Positions 27,255-40,700 of a stretch of 64,000 bases of DNA are shown here, piece after piece. The stretch is from Marsupella aquatica (Eukaryota > Plantae > Marchantiophyta), in NCBI GenBank assembly GCA_973895155.1, contig OZ316899.1, positions 8,807,241 through 8,871,240 on the forward strand, written 5' to 3'. Within the stretch, counting starts at the first letter, position 1; the number at the start of each line of letters is the position of its first letter. Position numbers and translations under genes: made by a program. The notes beneath the pieces are model-generated. The model saw nothing but the letters and a program-made list of their open reading frames with translations, was not told the DNA's origin and did no database searches.

Positions 27255-28375
27255 TTAAAAATCCTCACATGAACAGCAAGGGAAACAACAAATGTGCACC
27301 CAATAAGAGGCAGTAGTCCTCTCATGTTCATGTATTCTGATGCAATATTGCTTTCCCCATGCATTCCCACTCATGACATCTTTCTCGCATACAAGTCTCA
27401 TTACTTCTGTTTCAGATGCTTTGATCTTTTTGTAATGTGTTTGAGTTAGATTCACTCTCTGCAAGCACTTCCTTCCATTCCTGGAGCCACATCTGAAAAT
27501 TGGGTCCGCTAAATTGATCCTCTCTTAGAACAAATTCACATCAATGCGTAACTCAGACGGGGATGGCTCCTGACCTTCCCTTACCTCTCCTGTCCCAATT
27601 AGTCCTTGTTCTCTCAAGAATTGGATCTCGCCCTTCTGGAGATCGGTCCCTCTCGCAATGGGAAGAACGAGTGGTATATTGGGAATGTTTGAAATACCTC
27701 TTCTTGGCCGACTTTTGTGACATTTGTTGTTTGGGCAAAACCATATCTGGTCCGGATGAGGTACTCCTCTAAAAAGTCTACATCCTCTTACAGATATTGC
27801 AACAACTCCTTCTGGATTTGGAAACCCAATCTTCTTTACTCGATTTTGACATTCATCGCGGCTCCCTCTCCAACCAAGCGCCCCATTGCAAGCTGGACCA
27901 GCACCACGTTTTGAAGTTTGTTGGAGTTGCCACAACCCTGAAGCTATGTCACTTTCCATCGGGAGAAGAGATTCCTCAGGCGTGGCCTCAGCTTGATGTA
28001 TGACAGGAGGAACAGAAGATCTTGTCATTCGACATGAGGGTGTTTCAAGGATGACGACCTCCTCAAAATCTTCACTCTCAGTTTGAGACATATTAACGAT
28101 GCCACTTCCACTAGCAGAAGGTGTGGAAGACATCTTCTCAAAGTCTTGGAATGGAGGTTTCTCCTCTTCAAACCCCTTGTATTTGGTGAAGTCACAAGGA
28201 TAGTATCATGCCTGTGAGAGTCTTGTGCCTAGGCATTCCCACTTGCATTACCTTTTCGTTTCACCAATCAAGTTATGACATTTCCATTCAATGGAACAGT
28301 TCTTTCCAAATCAAATTCAGCTGCGTTGGAAAGAAGGAGATTGGTCACTTCTTCAAATAGATGTGGAGACCCTGT
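27255..28375 (-). pseudogene. MULE-like transposase copy A, 3' part (truncated in SWIM)
   Basis: SPHLFEE..., GPACNG, IWFCPNNKC, YWVHICCFPCCSCEDF; continues in frame from 54760 across TSD CCTGT. Confidence 0.9.
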
Positions 28376-29386
28376 TGTCACGCCATCGGCCTAGCCCTTA
28401 GGTTGATCTACATCTAAGACGAACACTTCCCTTGCCAGTAATTGGGTTTGGGCAGGGAGGGACGTGCGGAGTGCGTATAATTCTCCCAAACTAGCGCTAA
28501 GTGTGCATATATTTACTTACAAGCACGCTTAGGTATGCTTTGTGTTCCGTCGCCTAAACGTACCTTAGTCAACACAGGGTTGACCCCGGCTTACGGACTT
28601 CTCAGCCTTCGTGTTACCGCCTTCCATCCGGATCCATTAGTACAAGTGCTCAACCCTGGCTCGCAACCCCGGGGCCCGACCTCCGTGACAGGAAACAGGA
28701 AACAATGATGATCATAACAGGAAAAATAGTGGAACAAAATAGGAGACTTGGTACTATCATTCACAAAAAACGGCTTAATTTTGGACCAAACCAAAGAGGT
28801 CAAATTCAACATAAACTCAAAAAAATGGGGAAAACGACAATTATCGGAAGACGCCTTTACTAGCGCTTAGTCCTAACCAAGCGTTTGATACCGTTACAAA
28901 ATATCATTAACAAAATACCCGCTCACCATCTACCGGAATGATCAGAGGAGAATGGTTTATAAGGCAAGAAAAGGTTATCCTCGAGAATGCATGCAAAAGA
29001 AATCCACACATTCAGACCTGGAAAGTACAAACTGCAACCAAGTAAGGAAATGGAGTCTAGCGTCGGGCGCTAACAAAACTGAAGGCCAAGTGACAATTGA
29101 ATACAAACAAATCTCCGTTACCCGTACAATGAAATTTACACATCCGTAAAATTGTAAAAACAAATTAAGTTTTTTGTGCAACCCACAAAAGATTGAGCCG
29201 TGTTGAAAAGAAACACAAACGGGAACTTCGCTACAAAGTTGGAAAAATGTAAGACATCGAAGAACAACATTTCTCTAGAAACCAAATGTTGTTTACTAGC
29301 GCCGGGCGCTAACCAAAACAAAGTTACCGTTACAAAACAACAAGTCCTACATACCCGTTGAACGTAAACTAGAATACTAAGCCTTC

Positions 29387-32298
29387 CTATAAACCATCAG
29401 CATTCTGCCTCCCTAGAATATAACGCAGTTCCGCAATGGTAAGAATCGGTTGGCTTGGGAGGATATTGTCCACAGGATCAAGCTTGCAGATAACTTTGCA
29501 AACCCAGTAAAAGTGTTTACATGGCATGAAAGGTTTCCCTTGAGAATGTTGACGAAAGAAATCTTCACAAGAGCAACAAGGGAAAATGCAAATCTGCACC
29601 CAATAAGTATTTGCAATTCGTAAATGTGCATGTGTGCGTATCTGGAATCGTTTCCTGTATGAATTTCCCGATGAAACTTCCATAGTTTTGATCAAAGTCA
29701 TTGTTTCTTTCGTTGTTGATTCAATCCTTTTATGATATTCTTGAGTGAGTTTTGATCTGGAGCTCATCGCACGCCCGTTTCTCGTTCAAAAACGGATGTT
29801 AACTTGTGCAAGATTGATCTTTTTAGGAAAAACATCAATGTTGATTCTCAGTTCAAATGGAGAAGGACAACGTGAAACAGCGCCTCCTCTCGAGACTTCA
29901 ATGCCCTGCTCTTGAAGGAAATTCAACTCCAGACTTGAAAGATGAGTGCCTTTCTATACTAGCAAAAAGTCTAGGCAAGTAGGGAGGTTCACAATACCTC
30001 GACAAGGGCGGCTCTTCCATCGATCATGAGTGGGGCAGAACCAGACAAGCTCTGGATGGTGTTCACCTTTGAATAAGCGGTAACCTTTGACGACTATTCC
30101 GACAACCCCTGCATTTGAAGGATATCCGACCTTCTTAATTTGATTACGACACTCATCTCGATCACAACTTCCAGACAACGTCCCATTACACTGTGGTCCA
30201 GCACCGTGTCTGGAAACTCTCCGTAGATGCCAAGACCCGGGTACAACGTCCACTTCAAAAAGCAAAGTGTCTATAGGAATGAATGGAGTGGTGTTCGGAG
30301 CACTTTCTGGAACTTCAGAAGATTGAGTGACATGATGGGAAACTGGAGAGCCACTTTCAGACAAATCGATAACTGGATTCGAAGGAGGAGTTCTAAGTAT
30401 CGAAATGTGCTCAAACTCGGATGAGTTCAAATTTCTCCTCTTGCAACCTCGGGTGTTTGGCGTAGTTATGAGAACCGTGTCATGTCAATGGGAGTCTTGT
30501 GGAGAGACATTCCCGGTTGCCAGACCTTTTCTTTTCATAGACTTTGTCACAAAATCCCCATTCAACGGAGAATCCCTCTCCAAATTAAATTCTGTTGCAT
30601 TTGTGAGTAACATATTAGAGGCTTCTTCGAAGAGTTTTGGGGACCCTGCCTGGTCAGCCGAACAAAAAGCCAATTCAAACACTGTTGGACCGGTACCCCG
30701 ATGGAGCCCTTCACGATATGCTGTATAGGCTGCTATTTGTGAGATTGCTCTGTTGTGATCGGTCTTACATCCTTCGAACAAACCAATTGTTTTCTTTCCC
30801 TGCCATGCTTTCATGATTCCGTGAACAGCTTCAGAACCAGTGCAATTGGGAATCATCCCCCCTTCAAGTGCACTTTTGCTCTGAAAAAGAGTTTTGTCAA
30901 ATTCAGTACAATATATCAAATAAAAAATAAAGCGAAATTTCAAAATGGGCGGACAAAAGGTATGAATATTTTTCATGATGATTGTGAAGATTGAAGACGC
31001 TATCAAGCTATTCGTACGTTAGCGCCCGACGCTGGCCAAAAACATGAGTAAAGATCACAATTAGAAAAGGGAGATTAATACTAGCGCCAGGCGCTAGTAT
31101 ACATTGACTCACCAAACGTATGAAATTTCCCCACTGACGCCACCTCACAACCCACCAAGCGATCCATCCTTGCAACATTCTAAGTTTTCCAGGACTACAA
31201 TTTCTAGATCTCCACCATGAATCAATCTCTTGTGAAACCCTGTAGGCTTCCACAAATGAAGCGGCATTGCGCAACTTGTCCCAAAGGATTCAATGTTCAA
31301 CACGTTTTTCTTCAAGTACTCCTTCGATAGAGTGCCGATGCAAAGACTGATAAAAGTGGAATGCATCTGATCGCTCTCTCTCCGGGTTTGGATGGCAGTC
31401 AAAGAAGACATTCCTAACCGCTATCCATCCCGCCTGAGCGTTATCCGCCATGAAACCATGGATTTCCACGCCCTCTAAACCATTCTCCAAATCGACTTTG
31501 ATCATCAACCTCCAAGCTTTCTCAAGCGATGCAGTGTCCTCTGCTTTGAGTTCACAAGTAAATGTTGTGCACAAAGCTCGATAGTTATGGTCATACACAT
31601 GTGCACTAAAAGTACTCCATTCTTTGGACATCCTTTTCATCACGTCAAAGCTCACCCATGCTCCTTCTAGAGGCCCCCCTTTCTTCATCTGACGCAGTAA
31701 ATCTACTCCCGATCCATGACCTTTGATAGTCATTTTGAAAATATGTGCTCTATCACCTTTACAGCCCTGCCCAGGAAGAAGATATCTTTGGAGAAAAGGT
31801 GAAGAAACTGCATGCGAACCAGATATTCCAAATCACCTCGACCAACCTGATCTTTACAAACGCTCTTAAATAACCCAAAAAACTTTTGAGGCGTTGAAGT
31901 GATTTCCAGATTTTTGATTCTTCTAGCTTTGAAATGTCATCCAGAGACTCACCTATGGCATCCATTAAAGATCCAGTGATCTCATTTTTCAAAACGCACG
32001 GTGTAGAAGGAAACTTCTCATGCTGTCTCTGTATTTCTTCTATTGCTATTTTCTCAGCACTTCTAGACCAGACCTTCCGACATGGATGGTTGTGCACCCC
32101 CATATGGATTGCAAGTCGTGACATGTGTTTTGTAGTGTCATTTTTTATCAAAACTTGCGGGTACATATAAAACATTTTTGCTGGACAAGACTCAACACAA
32201 AATGGAACTTGAAGGCAATAGCGACAAACAATTCCTCCAACATCGATCAACCTCCCAGGACAATGCTGACCAGAGAGCTTGGGGGTCCCATCCCATCC
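29387..32298 (-). pseudogene. MULE-like transposase copy B, 3' part (DDE core + SWIM)
   Basis: MSRLAIHMGVHNHP; WVSFD, FMADNAQA, DAFH, IPNCTGSE; intron 30881-31112; SWIM CSCEDF...PCKH. Confidence 0.92.
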
Positions 32299-33019
32299 GA
32301 GTATAGCAGTGGAGACAGGAAACAGGAAACAGTTTTCCTGTTACCAGGTAATTTCTCCTGGTAACAAGAAATTGTTATTGTAAATGTGTACTATTTGGCA
32401 AAGTTTTTCAAAAATTCACGTAAGGAACAACCACATACTTAAGCTAAAAATATTCCTATTGGCATAACACACGACGTCAGATATAAGTGAAAGGTGTGCT
32501 CACAGTTGCTCGGAGAGGTTCCAATCCCTTGTCACTTCCTCAGATTATAGATAAAAAAGGGTTGTCATTCAATTCACTGTTGTTTACAGACAACAACAGT
32601 TCTAAACAGTCCACTTTGGAATGCTTCATTTAGTTCATATACTTCATTAGTGTGTTTTTAAAAAAGCCAAACCATAAAACCCATGGAGGCATGGAGTATG
32701 CTCAGGCGGGACCCACCACAAAGCCAGTTATACTCTGAATTATGTTATCAAAAACATAGGGGTCTGTCAGGCAGAGTGTGAAACTAGCACCAGGCGCTAA
32801 CAAAGGATTAAGTACGCAGAATATAGGGACGACAATCAAAGCTTACGGGACCATCCAATGACACTAACCAGATAAAACAATTTTTTATAAATAAGTTATT
32901 GACCAGCGCCCGACGCTAACCAAAACCACATAAAAAACTAGAGTAATATCCGTTGACTAAAGACAAAACAACATAGTATCCGTTATGGAATACGACAGTT
33001 AAGGAAAAATCGAGTCCCT

Positions 33020-36000
33020 CTATAAACCATTTGCATTCTGCCTCTCCAACAGAAGTCTGACTTCTCCAACTGTCAAAATTGGCTGGCTACACAGGGTAGA
33101 CTCCTCTACATGAAACTTGAAGACATTTATGAACACCCAGTACAAATGTTTACAGGGCATATACGGCTTGCCGCAGGAATGACGACGGAAGAAATCCTCA
33201 CAGGAACAAGTAGGGAAGATGCACATTCGGACAAAGTAAGTGTTTGGGGATCAAAGGTTCTCGTGAGTCCATATTCTGAATTGTTTTCCAAAAGCAATTC
33301 CACTAGTCACATCCCACTTTCCATCCAGAGTCATAGCTTCTTTTCGAGCCAACTCCATTCGTTTACTGTGAGACACAGTTAGATTAGAGCGAGGTCTGGA
33401 GTTCCTCCCATTCCTGCTACGAAGGCGCACGTTGGGCTCCGCAAAATTGATTTTCTTTGGAAATGCGTTTACATTGATTCTCAAGTCGAATGCAACAGGT
33501 ATAGTTCGAGTTTGAGAGGTCGCAGTTGTTTGGACCATAGAGACTCCCTGTGCTTGAAGGTACTCTATCTCGCCAAGCGAGAGGTTTGTTCCTTTCACAA
33601 CTGGCAGGATGTCCGGTACAGGAGGAAGGCGTTCAACACCATGACGCGGGCGGCTCTTGTAGCATGTGTTGTTTGGGCAGAACCATATCATTTTGGCAAT
33701 GGGCGTTCCTCTGAAAATGCGATGTCCGCTGACAACAATGCCGACAACACCAGTAGCAGAATGGAACCCTACTTTCTTGACACGATTTTGACACTCATCT
33801 CTGTCAGAATTTCCATGCAAGGTCCCATTACACTGTGGCCCCGCCCCATATTTGGCCGTCCGTCTCAAATGACAGCTTCCTCTTGGAGCGTCCATTTCCA
33901 AAGGAGCTGATTCTGTCGGCAAACGTTGAAGCACAGCAGGGGCACTGCGTGGTGGTTGAGATGATGTTGTTTCCCTCGTGGCTTCAGGGGTGTTCGCAAG
34001 GGAATCACTTTCACTCATTGAAGTGTCACTCCCACAGAGGTCCACTATAGGATCTTCTACATTGGTGGGAATGGAAGTGAACTCAGTGTTGTTAAGATTC
34101 TTCCGTTTGAATCCTCGAGTATTTGGGGTAGTGATGAGAATGGTGTCATGCCAATGGGAGTCTTGTGGCGAGACAATCCCAGTTGCAAGTCCCTTCCTCT
34201 TAACAGATTTGGTGACAATATCTCCATTCAGAGGAGAATTCCTACCCAGATCAAAATTGGCAGAGTTGGAAAGAATCATGTCAGTGGCTTCTTTGAATAA
34301 CTTGGGTGAACCTGCTTGGTCTGCTGAACGGAATGCTAACTCCCAGATAGTTGGCCCCTTCCCTCTATTGAGTCCTTTCCAATATGCACTGTAACCCGCA
34401 ACTTGAGCTATAGCCCGATTTTGATCAACTTTGCATGCTTCAAAGAGACCCACCATTTTTTTGGTTGCCCATGCTTTCATTGAAGCGTGCCTTGACTCAG
34501 AACCTGTACAGTTTGGAATGAGGGCACCTTCTTCTACGCTTTTGCTCTACAATGAAGTGGATCCAGACCAACTTTAGTCAATTTGTTTAAGCAGCGGCAG
34601 GCGCTAGCAATGTATATGATATATTTCAATATAATGTTGCTATTCTCAAGTGTTCCTAAGTCATGAATGTGCAAAGTTCTCTGTACAGTTTAAAGCAGCG
34701 CCAGGCGCTAGCAATGTGTATGATAGAATAATATAATGTTGCTATCTGTACAGTTTAAAGCAGCGCCAGGCGCTAGTATAAACACATTGAGAAGTGAGTA
34801 TTGAACGCATTGATAAAACTTACCACGCGAATGAAATTCCCCCACTGACGCCATCAAACAACCCACCATGATATCCAACTCTGCAACATCATCAGTTTTC
34901 CTGGAACACAGTTGCCTGCTTGCCACCACAACACAATCTCCCTAGAAACTCGGTATGCCGCAACAAACGATGGAGCATTTTGCAATTTCTCCCACAGTCT
35001 TAGATGTTCAGGTTGCCTACCCTCCAGTACTCCCTCCGTGGAATGTCGATGGAAAGACTGGTAAAAGTGGAATGCATCGGAGCGTTCACGTTCAGGGTCT
35101 GGGTGACCCCCAAAAAAGACATTGCGAACGGCAATCCATCCAGCCTGAGCATTGTCGGCCATAAAACCTTGAATGGTTACCTCATGTAACCCATTTTCCT
35201 TACAAACCTCTATCATAATTCTCCATGCCTTCTCAAAGGACTCTGTGTCCTCAGCTTTTAGTTCGCATGTGAATATTGTACAAAGAGCTCAAAAGTTGTG
35301 ATCGTAAACGTGTGCGCTAAAAGTAAACCAGTCGGTTGTCACTCACTTTCATGACATTAAAACTCACCCAAGCCCCTTCCAGTCTTCCGCCAGGTTGCAT
35401 CTGCCGGAGAAGATCTACACCAGATCCATGACCCTTGACTGACATTTTGAATATGTGGGGCCGATCTGCTAAACAACCCTGACCCAGCAGAAGATACCTG
35501 TGGAGGAAAGAAATATTATTTGACCTTTGCATTCAAGCTAGGAAATCTAACTCACCGCGACCAGCTTGGTCCATTCGAACGCTACGACAAAGGGATGCAA
35601 ATTTCTGAGGAGAAGATAGAACCATGAGAGACTTCCAAATTTCCGTTTCTTCAATATCTACGATGTCGTCAACGTTCTCGCAAAGAGCTTTCACAAGCGA
35701 ACCAGTCGCCAAATTCAAAATCCCAGCCGGCTTTGCAAGAGGATTGGCTTTGTGATTTGTTTTTATTAAGTCCTCGGCCATCTTTTCAGCGCTCCTCAAG
35801 AAAACTTTTCTACTCGGATGGTTATGTTCACCTATATGAACCACGAGCCGAGACATGTGACTACAGGTTTCTGTATCAAGTAGAACCTATGGATACATAT
35901 AGAACAAGTGAGCAGGGTAAGAGTCCACACAGAAAGGAATCTGTTCACAGTAGTGACATACTATACCACTGACCCTCTTCAATGAACGAACCCACCACAT

Positions 36001-36814
36001 GCTGGCCACTACGCTTAGGGGTACCAGCCCACGCTTTTGAATTGCATCTCTTCTTTCGCCAAAAATACTCACAGGACTTGTTCCTGCACTCGACGAACCC
36101 AGTACAAGTGACTTTACCAAACTCCCAGTGTTTCTTTGGTTGCACGTTTGCGGTCATCGGAAAAATCCTGGTCCAAATGTAACAATCTTTGGCACGGTCC
36201 ATGTCACGAAGTCTAGATCCTTTGGACTGCATTCCCACAATGGGAGGCAATTCAAATACAACATTTCCGTTGTACTTGTTTGGCAAACAAGGAACTTGAT
36301 CGTGTCGGAAGTCCCCTGCCGAGATAAATCTTGACAGTTCACTATGGCCCGTGGCCTTGAGTAGGGCGTCCATTGCACTCCGCCGGTAAACCTTCTGGAC
36401 ACCTCCGGAAGTGGCCACCGGTTCACTCTTAAGGCAACTCGAGCCTGGAACTTTGTGCTTCTCAGGAGGATTGGGTGCAACTTCCTCATCTTCACTCTCA
36501 GATATTTCAACAACCTGGGGCGGAATGTCCTGAACAACCAATTGAAGAGGAGTAGGTCTAACATGAAGCATGTAACAAAGTCCTACATTCATGTGCCAAA
36601 AACGTATTCCGTCATCCACATCAAATGCCGCAGCTGGTTCAAGTCCTCCACTCGATGACTCCTCAGGAACAATCGACTCAATGTCATTGATTCTCAAATC
36701 GAATCTCCCACACAGGTAGGTCTCGCTTACTTGCTTGTAAGTATCAGAAACTTGCACGGGAACCTTGACAACGTCCCCGGTACAAGCACGTGTAATAACA
36801 ATTGAGCGCGACAT
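33020..36814 (-). pseudogene. MULE-like transposase copy C (GCM-like Zn domain - DDE - SWIM), full length, disrupted
   Basis: GKVTCTGFVECRNKSC, CHYC, HIGEHNHP; WVSFN (D>N), FMADNAQA, DAFH, IPNCTGSE; intron 34547-34823; CSCEDF...PCKH. Confidence 0.92.
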
Positions 36815-37769
36815 TGTAGATGAATGAAGTTTAGGCCAGAGGAAATTCATGCACTAACCCAATCCTGACCGTATTGGTTGCTTATACCACCCCTTCAAGG
36901 ACCACCGGCCGTTAAAAGAGATGTTCCAATACAACAGAGAACACACACAACTTTGCGTCCGTTGAAATCATAAATGAGACATTTGTCCTTTTTGCCCGGC
37001 AAGTGCGGGTGTCAGGAATATTTATTACATGAACATGACTAGATAATAGCCTATACAAGTGCGTCCATTTCATTAGCGTCGGGCGCTACCTAAAAATCAT
37101 TGGAAAAAACAATGACTTATTTTGAAAAGTCTTGTGACTAGCGCCTGGCGCTAGCATAATCATACATGAAATATTTTCTTCAAAATATTGCATCACAAGA
37201 TCAAATAAAGCCCAAAAACAATAAATCATTACTAGCACCAGGCGCTAGTATTGATACAATATACTTAATACCATAATATCAAGTAAAGTTTAGTTACTAC
37301 GGGTGAAACGAGTACATTTGGAAGTTTGTTGACAATATCTGGTACTAAAATAGAACGTTAATCAAATTATTCAAATGGCTAGCGCCGGGCGCTAGCATTT
37401 GTTCACCAATAAGTGTTTGAATTTGGTAGTCACTTCTTCGTTAGCGCCCAGCGCTGGCATTGCATTCTGTCTGAAAGATGTTGAGACAACGGTAACATTT
37501 AACGGTAACTAATGTTTAGAGTGATGATCACGACAACATTTTAGTGTAATTCACATTAATACTTATCGCAATTTCTAAATTGTCGGCTTTCTGTCACGGA
37601 TAAATAAAATTGAATCTCGTCGTTCGCAATGAGTAATGTCTCTCCAACCGATTACAAAGAGGGGAATAGCACTCATTGATCGGATATAATACGGCCGCAA
37701 TTGTTAATATGGTACAGAGAACTGGTAATCAGTCGTGAGGATTCTGTTCATACACCTTTCATCATAAAG

Positions 37770-40700
37770 ATGATGGATGCAATCCCCTCCTCGTCGAGGG
37801 GGTATAGTGTGGTTGGGGATCAGGATCGTGGATATTGCAAGTCTTCTGAGTTTTCATTCTCTAGTTCGGTGTATACGCATCGAGTAACGAGGTCCACTGC
37901 ATCGCATGTTCCAATCTCCGGTATTTTGTTTGCCAAGCCAGCGAGAAAGAAGATGGAGAATCTTGACACATTTGCGATTCAAGATGTTTTGTTTTCTGAG
38001 ACGGATCTTATTTTGAAACATGTCATGTCATTTGGGAAGGATTTCAGAGGGTTTGACAAAGAGCCTCCACGAATTCCACTATGTCAATTGGTGCATATGG
38101 AGGTTGTCCGAACTCTATAGAAAGATAGTTCTTCCATCGACAAGCTCAAAGACTCCTTCCGTAGCATGGGATACAATTCTTCGATTGGAATGAGGTTTTA
38201 CGTTCAGCCTACCGATGCTGAGGGAGTGCTTCTCACCTGTACTCAAGAAATTTGTGAGAGTTGGGATCCAATATGGACATTTGAGAATGAGAAATTCGAG
38301 GAAGAATGTGCTGCCGACCCAGATTTTCTGGTTTTGAAGGACAGAATGTTCTCAGTTTTTGACGGGAACCATAGGCTTTATTCGTGGACTCTTGTCACTC
38401 AGGAGAGTCCCAAAAACCCAAAGTACCACCCGCGTGTACTTTGTACTGTTTTCAACGGCGACAAGGGTTCGCTGATAGAAATCGAAGCGGCTATGCACAC
38501 CGTTAATCAGTAAGATACTCTTTTGTGCATAACTTCGTAAGTCATTGTGAATTGTTCATTCTTTCTAGCATAACTTTCCGAGGCTATGTTTTACAAGCAC
38601 CCGGCGCTGCTTATATGTTCTTCTCATTTTGTTCTTGCATTTCAGGCTTGGACAACCCGTTGTAGAACCCTCCTGGATCCTAGACGCCGATTGAATTAAG
38701 CGGATCTTGATGCATGACCTGGAGTACTATAGTAAGCTCATCAACCCTGCGAATTACAAGAAGTTTGAGCAGATCAGGATGAAGACGCGAAAAGGATCCT
38801 GGTACACAAAGAAGATGCCTCAGGAGGCCCTTGTGTACATTCCATGTTAGGATAAGATTAAGTCGTATTCAAACCAGTTCAAGATTGACATGGAGTCCGC
38901 TGCGGCCCTCGGTTCCCCTTGGTCGGTCGAGGAGGGTTCCAGAAGGCATATCGTTATGATGAAGGAAGCAACCAAGGAATGGGCAGTGAAGACCTCAAAA
39001 ATCACTCCTTTGTTGAGTCCAGAGTTTGAGGACTTTCTGTCTACGTGCGCAAAAATGTATGTTGTCACGGAGAGGAATAAGCGGGAGAAGAAGCCAGATA
39101 CCGTGTTGTGTACCATGGACCGGGCTAGGCTTTTTACAGTTGTTTTGGCTCTTGACGCCAAGCTACGAAGTACTTTGCTTGTAGCACATTGCAATGCGGA
39201 GCTCCGGAGACAATTCTTCCATCCGAATAGCGTCAATGATGATCCAGTAAAACAGTGGTGTCACATTTGGATTACATGGAATAATGTAGAAGGGATTGCG
39301 GTGGGGATGTTGCAATGTGCTCTGCGAGAGGTCCAACAAACCATTCCCGTGAATCGTTTACAAGATTGGGCATGTGAATCTTTCGAATCTCTCATTGACA
39401 TAGTCACGAATGATTTTAGGAAATACGGTGACTCTGTCAAGGGTAAGTTTTTTAATACAATGTGGCCCTCGAAGTATCCTGACAAAGAGGATTACTCTTT
39501 GAAGAACCAGAAGCGAGCAAAACGGTACCTCTACCGTTTTTACATCCACATGGAAGCTACAAAACCTGATTACTTTTGGGCGTATCCCGCCGCCTTCCTC
39601 AAGTGGACTGTAGTACCGGAGAGTGATTCTTTAGCTGAATTGTATTCTATGTATCCTACCGAGGGAATTTTCCCAGCAAGACCTTTGAGTGAATGGGAGA
39701 GAACCCATTGTCCATGGTACCTAGATATAGATAGATGGGACTCGCCCTTTGATCACAGAGAAAAGGATGCTTTCCATAAGCTGTCTAAGTCCCAGATCCC
39801 AGTCACCGTTGTTTCTGACATGAAGCAGGGGCTTCCGGACGATGTGGATCAATCCACAACACAATTGCAAACAATATGCGAGACAACAATTGTTCATGTT
39901 GACCAAAGCAGGAAGCCTCGCGCCAAAGCAAAAGCAGATACTACGGCCCCAAGTGAATCAACAAGATCTGGAAAAAAAGGTAAGTATAATTGGTTTCCTT
40001 TGGGTAGCGCCCGGCGCTGCTATGGCAGTGAATATCTATTTCATTGTTAGCGCCCGGTGCTGATATGAGAGTCAATATTTCAGAAACTGAGTTGGTATTT
40101 TTAGTCCAAAAGTGTATATTTATGGCCAAGTATTACAGATAGTTTGGCCAGTGCTGGGCGTTAGCATTGTCGTTGTATCAATATTAACGGATATCACCTC
40201 GGCATCCATTTGAACAGGGATAAAGTCAGACGCCGTGGGGAGTGGAGATACAAAGATGGATGCCACCCTAGAGGCTTCTGAAGCCAATACCGGAGCACCA
40301 TCCGATCCAATTACTCCCACCGACAAAGGGAAGGCGATCGCTCCAGTGGATGTGACCAGTACAAGGAAGAAGAGAAAAAGGACCATTGAAGGTGGATCTT
40401 CCTCTCGAGAAAGTGCTGCTGCTGTAGGTCTTCAACGCAAAGTCGGGGACTTCAAGAGTAGACTTTCAAGGCATTGCCTTGTTGAATCTAGCATCTCAGA
40501 CTTCTACAACTCAACGTTTAACAAAGGGGAGAAGCCTGACTGGGTGAATGGTGTAGAGAAATGGGGAAAGGATCTCATGAAGTCTGGCTTCTGAGAGAAG
40601 GGCATTGTGCGTGGTGGAAAGGAGAGATCGTTTGGAGTCCACGCGGGTTTTATTTACCTTCCGACTGGACTTAAACCATCTCTGCTAGACAGAAAAGTTC

